This document shows positions 1 through 8,502 of a stretch of 53,317 nt of DNA, in pieces. The DNA comes from an uncultured Eubacteriales bacterium (GTDB taxonomy: Bacteria > Bacillota > Clostridia > Oscillospirales > CAG-272): the NCBI GenBank assembly GCA_949451655.1, contig CASTST010000003.1, positions 1-53,317 on the forward strand, in the 5' to 3' direction. The number at the start of each line of letters is the position of its first letter. The first letter of the stretch is position 1. Under the pieces are notes generated by a model. That model made no database searches and had not been told where the DNA came from. It worked only from the letters and a program-made list of their open reading frames with translations. The position numbers and the translations under genes are program-made.

Positions 1-210
1 AGTCACAATCGCTTCGCTTGGCTGTGACAGCCCCCTTTGCACAAGGGGGCCTTTTAACGCAAGTGCTTGCTTCGCGACAGCTCCCTTTACTGGGGGGAGC
101 CTTATGAATTTTGATGCTACGTAACAGCTTCTTTGCTGGGAGGAGGCTTGGGTTTGAATGGCGCTTGACCCTATGAAGCCGTGCGGATCCTCACATGGAG
201 CCTTTTTTGG
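1..210. repeat. Cluster of GC-stem hairpin modules (E-type units of the mosaic intergenic repeat family), cut by the window edge
   Basis: Successive units of the form CGC..GACAG + CYCCC-TTTGCACAA-like loop-GGGRG + CCTTTT, e.g. 28-51 CAGCCCCCTTTGCACAAGGGGGCC. The same module recurs in eight other intergenic clusters. Confidence 0.8.
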
Positions 211-303
211 CTGGATACGCGAAATGCTCCAAGGTTTTTTACCAACTTCTGCCCACTGTCAAGCAAGCGCCGGTAAAATCTGCAAAAAAATTTGCAAAAT
301 CTA

Positions 304-332
304 TTGCAAAACAAAGGATTTTATGATATAAT
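304..332 (+). promoter_or_regulatory. Sigma-A type promoter for tRNA-Trp
   Basis: TTGCAA (304-309), 17-bp spacer, TG-n-TATAAT (324-332). It lies about 30 nt upstream of the tRNA 5' end. Confidence 0.7.
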
Positions 333-362
333 AAAATGCGTTATCGATACTGATAACAATAT

Positions 363-438
363 AGGGGTATAGCTCAGTTGGTAGAGCAGTGGTCTCCAAA
401 ACCACGTGTCCAGAGTTCGAGTCTTTGTGCCCCTGCCA
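363..438 (+). tRNA. tRNA-Trp (anticodon CCA), 76 nt, CCA end encoded
   Basis: Manual cloverleaf fold. Acceptor AGGGGTA/TGCCCCT, D-arm GCTC..GAGC, anticodon stem GTGGT/ACCAC with loop CTCCAAA, T-arm CAGAG-TTCGAGT-CTTTG, discriminator G, then CCA. Confidence 0.95.
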
Positions 439-443
439 TCTGA

Positions 444-496
444 AAACACCATTGAAATCCGAACCCCTGTGTTTGGACACCAATGGTGTTTTTGAT
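444..496 (+). terminator. Rho-independent terminator (tRNA trailer)
   Basis: Stem AACACCATTG (445-454) pairs with CAATGGTGTT (481-490) and is followed by a T-run. Confidence 0.75.
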
Positions 497-566
497 ATAA
501 ACCCAGTATTTATGCGGCTTTTCGAGGTCGCATTTTCTTTTTGCAATCTGGACTCAAAAGAAAAAA

Positions 567-1865
567 TGTGAAATTTACAAGATGAATCACTGAAACCTAA
601 CCTTTTCGAACCCGTTAGTCTATTCGCACGTGTCTTATAAATCCGCTTGTTTTAAGGCGTATTCTTGTTCCTTTTGTTCTGGAGTCTTGTACTGTAGCTT
701 TTTATGTGGACGCTTTGTATTGTAAAATATTATATATTTGTCCACTGCATCACGAAACTCCTTTTCCGATTTGTATTTTGTTCTGTAAAGTTCTTCTCTC
801 TTCAGAGAAGAAAAGAACGATTCCATAACGGAATTGTCATACGGAACATAAGGTCGGGAAAAAGAATGCGTAATATTTAAAGACTTCAAGTAATCCTCCA
901 TTGTTTTAGAAGCGTAGTTGAATCCTCTGTCGGTATGAAAAATCAAATTTGTATTCGGTTGTCTTTTTGCATATGCTTGCTGGAAAGTTGACTTTACGAG
1001 TTGCGTGCTGTTTTTCTTTCCCACCTTATAGCCGATTACCAAGCGGGCGTATAAATCCATGACCACACAGATATAAAAGGCTTTGTCATGAAATTTGAAA
1101 TATGTAACATCGCTTACCCAAATCACATTTGGTGCATTCGGATCAAACTCTTGATTGAGACAATTTTTTTGCTTTCGCTTTTCCTCATCGTATAGTTTCT
1201 TTGCCACTTGACGGATGCTGCCGATTCCCATATCTTTCATAAGAGTACGTACCATTTCTTCACTTACTTTGATACCTTCATTTCGAATAACAGCGGTTAT
1301 TTTACCTGCACCAAAGATTTGATTGCTTTCATCATAAATTTCCCGTATTCGTATACGCAGTTCTTCTTTGCGCCTTGAATACCAAGTATTGTCTTTCTTG
1401 TTGCGAAAAATATGATTGTAGAATGTACCTCTCGAAATGTCCAATGCATCGCAGATTATATGAACATTATATTTCCCGTGCAACTGCTCGGCGGCATACA
1501 GTTTTTCTTTTAGTGGTGACTTGGCTGTACAAGTAACCGATTGCAGGAGTTCGATCATTCCCTCTAAACGCTTTACTTTATTTTCGAGCAAATGAAAGTT
1601 TCGAACATTGCTAACTTTTCGTTTGCTGTTGACTTGTTCTTCTCGATATACCTTCAGCCAACTGTAAAATGTGCTTTTTGGTACTCCAGTATCTGCAATA
1701 ATATTGGCTGCTGTTTCTCCACCGGATATAAAACGGTCAATACCCGCTTGCTTTTCTTCGTCAGTGTATTTACACATCATATAATCATCTCCTTCAAGAT
1801 GATTATATCATGTGGATTACAATTAATAAACTACAATATATATGGTTGTTGATTGAAAAATGACA
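567..1865 (-). mobile_element. IS3-family insertion sequence (boundaries approximate)
   Basis: It contains one 381-aa HTH+DDE transposase ORF. Candidate weak terminal inverted repeats start with TGTG at 567 and end with TGACA at 1861-1865 (about 13 of 24 matches by eye). The ~1.3 kb size fits IS3. Confidence 0.5.
635..1780 (-). CDS. IS3-family transposase, HTH and DDE (rve) domains fused in one frame
   Basis: N-terminal HTH (GVPKSTFYSWLKVYREE) followed by a heptad region. DDE signature: WVSDVTYF ... FHTDRGFNY ... MESFFSSLKRE. The tail YNTKRPHKKLQYKTP is typical of IS3 OrfB. Confidence 0.9.
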   Translation of the reverse strand: MMCKYTDEEKQAGIDRFISGGETAANIIADTGVPKSTFYSWLKVYREEQVNSKRKVSNVRNFHLLENKVKRLEGMIELLQSVTCTAKSPLKEKLYAAEQLHGKYNVHIICDALDISRGTFYNHIFRNKKDNTWYSRRKEELRIRIREIYDESNQIFGAGKITAVIRNEGIKVSEEMVRTLMKDMGIGSIRQVAKKLYDEEKRKQKNCLNQEFDPNAPNVIWVSDVTYFKFHDKAFYICVVMDLYARLVIGYKVGKKNSTQLVKSTFQQAYAKRQPNTNLIFHTDRGFNYASKTMEDYLKSLNITHSFSRPYVPYDNSVMESFFSSLKREELYRTKYKSEKEFRDAVDKYIIFYNTKRPHKKLQYKTPEQKEQEYALKQADL

Positions 1866-1957
1866 CAAAATATGATATAAATATAGTTGAAAGAATATAA
1901 GCTTGTTTTATCAGTAGAAAAAATTTTTTATAATAAAAAATGAAAGGATAAAAATGT

Positions 1958-4540
1958 ATGAATTTATTTGAGAGCGGTTCTGATTGGAGAAGATGGGATT
2001 TGCACTTACATACTGCAAGCTCATATGATTACGTATATAAAAACACGGATTGTGATGAAATATTAGCTCAAAAACTACAAGATAATAATATTGCAGCTGT
2101 AGCAATAACTGATCATTTTATAATAGACAAGGATAGAATTACCAATCTAAGAAAATTAGCTCCTGATACGGTATTCTTTCCTGGTGTAGAGTTGCGCACA
2201 GATAAAGGTGATACCAATATTCATATAATTCTAATATTTTCGGACAAATCTAATCTTGACGAACTTGCGGAAGATTTCAATGCGTTCAAAAGAGAGGCTC
2301 AAAACAAAGATGATGACGAAAGTATATATTGGGATTATAATTCACAAATAATTCCCTTTGCAGCAAAACATGATGCTTTGATTTCAATACACGCAGGAAG
2401 AAAGACAAACGGAGTTGACGATAGAATTTCTAATTCTCTGCCCCATAATCAAGCTGTTAAAGAGGAGTACGCTACAACGATATCTATGTTCGAAATGGGA
2501 CAAGTTCGAGATTTTGATGAATATAGAAAACATGTTTTCCCTGATATCGGGGTTAAGCCAATGGTAATTGGATCGGATAATCATGATGCACGAAATTATA
2601 ATCCTGCGAACAAACTGTGGATAAAAGCCGATGTTACATTTAATGGCTTAAAACAAATAATTTATGAACCAGAAGAACGTGTGTGCATCTCTGATACAAA
2701 ACCTGAATGTAAACCTGCCTATTATGTAATTGATAGAGTGGTTTTAGATGATGAAGAATTTTCAAATGAGCCTATTTATTTTAATGATAAGTTAACATGT
2801 ATCATTGGCGGGAAATCTACTGGCAAATCAATTCTCCTTCATAATATGGCTAAGGCTATTGATGAAAATCAAGTTCAGGTAAAAGAGCTGATTGTAAACA
2901 CTTCCACCAAAGAACTGACCAATACATCGGTTTATTGGTCTGATGGTGAAAATGATGGCGATAGACATATTATCTATATTCCGCAATCATATCTGAATTG
3001 TTTAAGTGACAAACAAGAGGTCACAACAGAAATAGATAATATGATTCAAAGTGTCATCTTTAATAATAAAAAGGCTAAGGCATCATTTGACAAAATGCTG
3101 AATGCAATAAAAGAAAAACGTTCGGAGCTAAATGTTAAAATTCTAAATTTGCTGGATATTCATAAAGAAATAGTTGAGTTAGAGGATGAAAAAAAGAATC
3201 TTGGAGATAGAAGCGGAATAGAAAAAGAAATTAAAAACCTTCAAGAACAGAAAGATGCGCTTTCCAAAGAATTAGAGATTTCTGATGAGGATATAACAAA
3301 ATATGAAACTGCATTAGCTGAAAGTTCTAACAAATTAAAACTATTAAACAAAGTGAATCAAGAGATATTATCACTTAAATCTATAACGACAATTGTTGAA
3401 CCCGCCGTTATTAGTTCGGATAATTTTTCTTATGATACTTTAAGAAAAGTCGACGAAACCAAAACTCAAATAATCGATGAAGCTAATAAAGTATGGACTT
3501 CGAAGAAAGAAGACCTTTTAAATGAATTAATCGACAAGCAAAAGCAACTGCAGGACGAAAAAGAAAAACATGATGCAGTTGTTAAAGAATTACAGCCTAA
3601 AATCCAAGGCAATAAAGCTATTGCTGAATTTTCTTCTAAAATATTAGCAGAAAAAGATAAACTTGCAGCATTTAATACTTTGGATGAAAAACTAAAAGCC
3701 AAAAAAGCTGAAGAGCAAATAATGATAGCTGAAATATATTCAATACCATTTCAAATAAAAGAACTGCGTAATGAATATGCGAGTGTTATAAATAACGAAG
3801 CAACTTTTAGAGGGCATGAAATAGAGTTTAAAGTCGAAGTACCGTTCAAAAAAGAGGAGTTTTTGAAAATAATTGAGACTGATTTCGTTATTAAAACTGT
3901 GAAATTCAAAGAAACAATAAAAATGGATTCTTTTGCTGAAGAAGATTACAATGAAGAAAAACTCAAAGAGATTATTGAAAAATTGTTATCGGGTGTGCTT
4001 GAAACCAAAGTTGGACATAACATTGAATCGATATTGAGAGATATTAATGATGACTGGTATAACATCAAATACAAGGTTATCATGGATAACGATAACATAG
4101 ATGTAATGTCTCCGGGTAAAAAAGCATTAGTATTGCTAAAGCTTTTAATCGATTTGGCAGAAAGCAAATGTCCTATTTTGATTGATCAGCCTGAAGATGA
4201 CCTTGACAATAGATCGGTGTTCGATGAATTGATTCCATTCATACGTCGTAAGAAAAAAGAGAGACAGATTATTGTTGTAACGCATAACGCCAATGTTGTT
4301 CTCGGCGCGGATGCAGAAGAAATAATAATAGCCAATCAAACCGGCAGCAAATCCGAGAATAAAGAAAAACGATTTGAATATCGCTCAGGTGCTATCGAAA
4401 ATGACAATCCTGTTTTCACTATAGATGGAAGCATAGAAAGTGGTATACTCAATTCAAAAGGTATACAACAGCATATTTGCGATATTCTCGAAGGTGGCGA
4501 AATTGCATTTGAAAAGAGAAAGAATAAATATAGAATTTAG
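1958..4540 (+). CDS. PHP-domain phosphoesterase fused to a Rad50/SbcC-like coiled-coil ABC-type ATPase (Ppl / TrlF-like)
   Basis: PHP metal-ligand motifs WDLHLHT, ITDH, GVE, SIHAG, GSDNHD. Walker A IIGGKSTGKS. A K/E-rich coiled-coil insert of about 350 aa. Signature-like SPGKKAL, Walker B ILIDQPEDDLD, H-loop VVTHN. RBS AAAGGA upstream. The gene is AT-rich. Confidence 0.8.
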   Translation: MNLFESGSDWRRWDLHLHTASSYDYVYKNTDCDEILAQKLQDNNIAAVAITDHFIIDKDRITNLRKLAPDTVFFPGVELRTDKGDTNIHIILIFSDKSNLDELAEDFNAFKREAQNKDDDESIYWDYNSQIIPFAAKHDALISIHAGRKTNGVDDRISNSLPHNQAVKEEYATTISMFEMGQVRDFDEYRKHVFPDIGVKPMVIGSDNHDARNYNPANKLWIKADVTFNGLKQIIYEPEERVCISDTKPECKPAYYVIDRVVLDDEEFSNEPIYFNDKLTCIIGGKSTGKSILLHNMAKAIDENQVQVKELIVNTSTKELTNTSVYWSDGENDGDRHIIYIPQSYLNCLSDKQEVTTEIDNMIQSVIFNNKKAKASFDKMLNAIKEKRSELNVKILNLLDIHKEIVELEDEKKNLGDRSGIEKEIKNLQEQKDALSKELEISDEDITKYETALAESSNKLKLLNKVNQEILSLKSITTIVEPAVISSDNFSYDTLRKVDETKTQIIDEANKVWTSKKEDLLNELIDKQKQLQDEKEKHDAVVKELQPKIQGNKAIAEFSSKILAEKDKLAAFNTLDEKLKAKKAEEQIMIAEIYSIPFQIKELRNEYASVINNEATFRGHEIEFKVEVPFKKEEFLKIIETDFVIKTVKFKETIKMDSFAEEDYNEEKLKEIIEKLLSGVLETKVGHNIESILRDINDDWYNIKYKVIMDNDNIDVMSPGKKALVLLKLLIDLAESKCPILIDQPEDDLDNRSVFDELIPFIRRKKKERQIIVVTHNANVVLGADAEEIIIANQTGSKSENKEKRFEYRSGAIENDNPVFTIDGSIESGILNSKGIQQHICDILEGGEIAFEKRKNKYRI

Positions 4541-4561
4541 CAGTAAGGAGGATAATATCAT

Positions 4562-5836
4562 ATGCAGGAAATAAAATGCCCAAAATGTGGAGAGGTGTTT
4601 CAGGTCGATGAGTCTGGTTATGCCGCTATTGTTAAGCAAGTTCGTGATAAAGAATTTGAAAAAGAGATATTAGAGCGACAGAATGTTTATCAAAACGAAA
4701 GGGATTCTGCAGTCAAAATCGCAGTAACAAAGATTGAGTCCGAAAAAGATAAAGAAATATCGGAGTTGCGTGCAATACTTAAAACCGAGAAGACAGAAAA
4801 GCAATTAGAAATTGAAAAAATTGAATCTGTTAAAGATAAACAACTTGCAGAAAAAGAATTAGAAATTTCCAGATTAAAGGGTGAACTCGAACTTAATAAA
4901 ACTAGCACAGACTTGACTGTTAAGAATGCGGTTCAGGAAAAAGAAACAACGATTCTTGAACTTAAAAGTCAAATTAAGCTTAAGAACAATGAATGGGAAT
5001 TGAAAGAAAAGTCTCTTTGTGAAAAGCACGCTGATGAAATTAAACGTCGAGAAGATGAAATTGCATATTATAAAGACTTTAAAGCTCGACAGTCTACAAA
5101 GATGATTGGCGAAAGTTTGGAACAACATTGTGAAACGGAATTTAATAAATTAAGAGCTACTGCGTTTCAGAATGCTTACTTTGAAAAAGATAATGATATT
5201 ACAACAGGTAGCAAAGGTGACTTTATCTACAGGGAATTTTCTAATGATGGTATAGAATTCATTTCAATTATGTTCGAAATGAAGAATGAAATGGATACTA
5301 CAGCAACAAAACATAAGAATGAGGATTTTTTTAAGGAACTAGATAAAGATAGAAAAGAAAAAAATTGTGAGTATGCTGTTTTGGTTACAATGCTTGAATC
5401 AGATAATGAGTATTACAATTCAGGAATTGTAGATGTTTCTTATAAATATCCTAAAATGTATGTTGTGATACCACAATTCTTTATACCTATCATTACTATT
5501 TTAAGAAATGCTGCATTAAACTCTCTGCAATATAGACACGAACTGGAGTCAGTTCGTAATCAAAATATTGATATTACGCATTTCGAAGAGGACATAAACG
5601 ACTTCAAGGATAAGTTTTCTAGAAATTTTAGATTAGCTAGTGACAAATTCAAAAAAGCTATCGATGAGATTGATAAAACTATTGACCATCTTCAAAAAAC
5701 AAAAGAAGCTTTGCTTTCATCTGAAAATAATTTAAGATTAGCAAACACCAAAGCTGAAGATCTTACGATAAAGCGATTAACAAAGGGTAATCCTACTATG
5801 GCAGCAAAGTTTGCCGAACTAGACAACAAAATATAA
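4562..5836 (+). CDS. DUF2130-like protein: N-terminal CxxC knuckle, coiled coil, C-terminal PD-(D/E)xK-like nuclease fold
   Basis: The start [33 protein letters not shown] matches my recollection of DUF2130 N-termini. The C-terminal core has GDFIY ... IMFEMKNE (D...ExK). A strong RBS AAGGAGG lies 21 bp after the previous stop, so the two genes are likely co-transcribed. Confidence 0.7.
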   Translation: MQEIKCPKCGEVFQVDESGYAAIVKQVRDKEFEKEILERQNVYQNERDSAVKIAVTKIESEKDKEISELRAILKTEKTEKQLEIEKIESVKDKQLAEKELEISRLKGELELNKTSTDLTVKNAVQEKETTILELKSQIKLKNNEWELKEKSLCEKHADEIKRREDEIAYYKDFKARQSTKMIGESLEQHCETEFNKLRATAFQNAYFEKDNDITTGSKGDFIYREFSNDGIEFISIMFEMKNEMDTTATKHKNEDFFKELDKDRKEKNCEYAVLVTMLESDNEYYNSGIVDVSYKYPKMYVVIPQFFIPIITILRNAALNSLQYRHELESVRNQNIDITHFEEDINDFKDKFSRNFRLASDKFKKAIDEIDKTIDHLQKTKEALLSSENNLRLANTKAEDLTIKRLTKGNPTMAAKFAELDNKI

Positions 5837-5840
5837 ATTG

Positions 5841-5900
5841 TGAAAACACTATTGAAATTCCGCGATTCTATGGTTTGAACTCAATGGGGTTTTGCTTTAT
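5841..5900 (+). terminator. Terminator-like hairpin that is a diverged second copy of the tRNA-Trp trailer
   Basis: TGAAAACACTATTGAAAT (5841-5858) matches TGAAAACACCATTGAAAT (441-458) at 17 of 18 positions. The distal arm CAATGGGGTTTTG corresponds to CAATGGTGTTTTTG. Confidence 0.55.
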
Positions 5901-5923
5901 AACGGCGATATTTTAGTGATTTT

Positions 5924-6040
5924 TTAAAATTGGCTCTTTCCTTCTATTTCCTTATGTTTTGGAGTCTTGTACGCTGAGAGTTCAACTCCAACACGAAACC
6001 GCTGAAAATATCTTTTCCGTCCCGATTGGGCAGAGAGAAG
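5924..6040 (-). pseudogene. Remnant of the 3' end of a second IS3-family transposase
   Basis: The DNA block TGTTTTGGAGTCTTGTAC (about 5953-5970) matches TGTTCTGGAGTCTTGTAC near the stop of the intact transposase (about 682-699). The translated tail ..RFRVGVELSAYKTPKHKE resembles the IS3 OrfB C-terminus. No upstream DDE domain is present. Confidence 0.35.
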
Positions 6041-6333
6041 CGGCAGTTTTCGGCAGAAGATTGTCGCTTTCTCATATTTTATAAATAAAGTATATATTAG
6101 CCAACTCGTTTGTAGACTGGATATGCACCTAATAGCAATACCCAAATTTCGCATTTCATATATTCATAATTATAGTTACCTGACAGCCGTTGCAAATCCG
6201 AGCTTCATCCTTTTGGGAAGTTCGGATTTATCGTTGTTTTCAATACAAAAATAAGCCAGCGCACGAGGTTGCGTATCCCTTGATAATCATAAATTCATAT
6301 AAAACAGCTTCTTCAACTGAAAAGGAATGAAAA

Positions 6334-7719
6334 ATGAATCAAGATAAAAATTTTTTAGAAACTGAATCAGTCGGCAAACTGCTGCTGAAGCTGGCACTGC
6401 CCACTGTTGCAGCACAAGTTATCAACATGCTCTATAACATCGTTGACCGTATATATATCGGACACATTGCAGACGTAGGATCCCTTGCACTAACCGGCGT
6501 GGGCGTCTGTATGCCGCTGATTATGATTGTTACTGCATTTTCCGCTTTTGCAGGGTATGGCGGCGCGCCCCGTGCTTCCATTTTCATGGGAAAAGGCGAT
6601 CATATCTCCGCAGAAAAAACGCTTGGAAACTGCTTTGTTCTGCAAATTTTCCTATCCGTTCTTCTGACCGGCGCGCTGCTCCTTTGGAACCGGGATTTGC
6701 TGCTGGCGTTCGGCGCAAGCGAAAACACCATCCCATTCGCTGTAGATTATATGAACATCTACGCACTGGGCACTATTTTTGTCCAGCTTACCTTAGGAAT
6801 GAACGCATTCATCACCGCCCAGGGATTTGCCAAAACCGGCATGCTGTCCGTTTTGATCGGAGCCGCTGCAAACATCATATTAGACCCCATTTTCATATTT
6901 GGTTTGGACATGGGCGTGCGCGGTGCGGCACTTGCAACAGTTCTTTCCCAAACTGCCTCCTGTATATGGGTGCTTCTGTTCCTGTTTGGCAGAAAAACCA
7001 ACCTGCGAATCCGAAAAATCCATCTGCGTCCCCAGGCGGAAATTATTCTTCCAGTATTTGCGCTGGGATCGTCTGTATTTATCATGCAAGCAAGCGAAAG
7101 CATTATATCTGTTTGTTTCAATTCTTCCCTGCTTCGCTATGGTGGAGATATCGCAGTTGGCGCTATGACGATCCTCACCAGCGTTATGCAGTTTGCCATG
7201 CTTCCCCTGCAGGGACTGGGACAGGGCGCACAGCCTATCATCAGTTACAACTACGGCGCCGGCAACAGCGCACGGGTTAAATCTGCATATTGGCTGCTGC
7301 TGCGGGCGGATTTATGCTATTCCACCCTATTGTGGCTTCTTATTATGATCTTTCCCCAAGGCTTTGCCGCCATGTTCACCGCAGATGCAGCACTGATCGC
7401 CTTTACCAAAACCGCACTGCGAATTTATGCAGGGTGCCTCCTTTTGTTCGGCATTCAAATGGCATGCCAAATGACCTTTACTTCCATTGGCTATGCCAAA
7501 GCCTCTATCATCGTAGCGGTAACGAGAAAATTTATTTTACTGATTCCCCTGATTTACATACTGCCCGGTATTTTGCCAATCAGCAAAACAATGGCAGTTT
7601 ACACGGCAGAGCCTGTTGCAGACTTTCTTGCAGTAACCTTTACATCCGTTTTGTTTGTGTTCCAATTCAGAAAAGCTATGAATCAGCTTCCCACCGCACC
7701 GAAAGCGGAGGAAAAATAA
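6334..7719 (+). CDS. MATE family efflux transporter
   Basis: 461 aa with about 12 predicted TM segments. The N-terminus ..LLKLALPTVAAQVINMLYNIVDRIYIGH is typical of MATE/NorM-DinF proteins. Confidence 0.9.
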   Translation: MNQDKNFLETESVGKLLLKLALPTVAAQVINMLYNIVDRIYIGHIADVGSLALTGVGVCMPLIMIVTAFSAFAGYGGAPRASIFMGKGDHISAEKTLGNCFVLQIFLSVLLTGALLLWNRDLLLAFGASENTIPFAVDYMNIYALGTIFVQLTLGMNAFITAQGFAKTGMLSVLIGAAANIILDPIFIFGLDMGVRGAALATVLSQTASCIWVLLFLFGRKTNLRIRKIHLRPQAEIILPVFALGSSVFIMQASESIISVCFNSSLLRYGGDIAVGAMTILTSVMQFAMLPLQGLGQGAQPIISYNYGAGNSARVKSAYWLLLRADLCYSTLLWLLIMIFPQGFAAMFTADAALIAFTKTALRIYAGCLLLFGIQMACQMTFTSIGYAKASIIVAVTRKFILLIPLIYILPGILPISKTMAVYTAEPVADFLAVTFTSVLFVFQFRKAMNQLPTAPKAEEK

Positions 7720-7748
7720 ATATATTACAGAAAGCATGTGGATTATTT

Positions 7749-8465
7749 ATGCATACAATATACGAAACCAAAACAACCAGACAGCGAGAGGCACTGAAAG
7801 ACTTCTTCGGCGGGTTTGAAGGTGAACAAGTCCCGGAAGAGTTATTGGACCGTCTGTTTCAATATGAAGAACTAATGATTAAGTATCGCTCGGCTATCCG
7901 GGAGATTACAACAAAGCTTGAAATTCTGAATGATGAATTATCTTCCTCAACAAAGCAAAATCCCATTGAAAGCATACAGTCCCGGATTAAGCGCCCCCAA
8001 AGCATCGCTGGAAAGCTGCGGCGGCTGCACCAGCCGGTGGCGGTAGAATCTATTGCACGGAATTTAAACGATGTAGCAGGAATTCGTGTAATCTGCCCGT
8101 TCATCAACGATATATACGCAGTGGAAAAAATGCTGCTCCAGCAGGATGATGTGCGTCTGATTGCCCGAAAGGATTATATTCGCAGCCCAAAGGAAAGCGG
8201 ATACCGCAGCCTGCATTTGGTAGTGGAAATTCCCGTATTCTTTTCCATGCGAAAAGAATTTATTCGGGTGGAAATACAGATTCGCACAGTAGCTATGAAT
8301 TTTTGGGCAAGCCTGGAGCATCAGATACGGTACAAAAACGATTCCCCGCAGGTTCAGGAAATTGCAAGTGATCTGAAAGAATGCGCGGATACTATCGCAC
8401 GAACAGATGAAAAAATGCAGGCGCTGCGGCAGCGGATTTTGACCCATACGGAAGAAGTATTATAA
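7749..8465 (+). CDS. Small alarmone synthetase (GTP pyrophosphokinase, RelP/RelQ type)
   Basis: RelA/SpoT synthetase-domain motifs: IQSRIKRPQSIAGKL, DVAGIRVIC, GYRSLHLVVE, VEIQIRTVAMNFWASLEH. The start is set at the first ATG after the MATE stop, giving 238 aa. Confidence 0.85.
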   Translation: MHTIYETKTTRQREALKDFFGGFEGEQVPEELLDRLFQYEELMIKYRSAIREITTKLEILNDELSSSTKQNPIESIQSRIKRPQSIAGKLRRLHQPVAVESIARNLNDVAGIRVICPFINDIYAVEKMLLQQDDVRLIARKDYIRSPKESGYRSLHLVVEIPVFFSMRKEFIRVEIQIRTVAMNFWASLEHQIRYKNDSPQVQEIASDLKECADTIARTDEKMQALRQRILTHTEEVL

Positions 8466-8502
8466 TATGAACTCTTCGGAACAACACTTGCACAAACAAA
8501 AA

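Noticed and set aside
6684-7280. 198-aa alternative-frame ORF and several minus-strand ORFs inside the MATE gene
   Set aside because: They are fully nested in a well-supported transporter gene and have Arg/His-rich nonsense composition.
7290-7748. N-terminal 153-aa extension of the alarmone synthetase ORF (ORF track 7290..8465)
   Set aside because: The extension overlaps the 3' third of the MATE gene in another frame and has biased, Arg/Cys-rich composition. The homologous RelP/RelQ region starts at the ATG at 7749.
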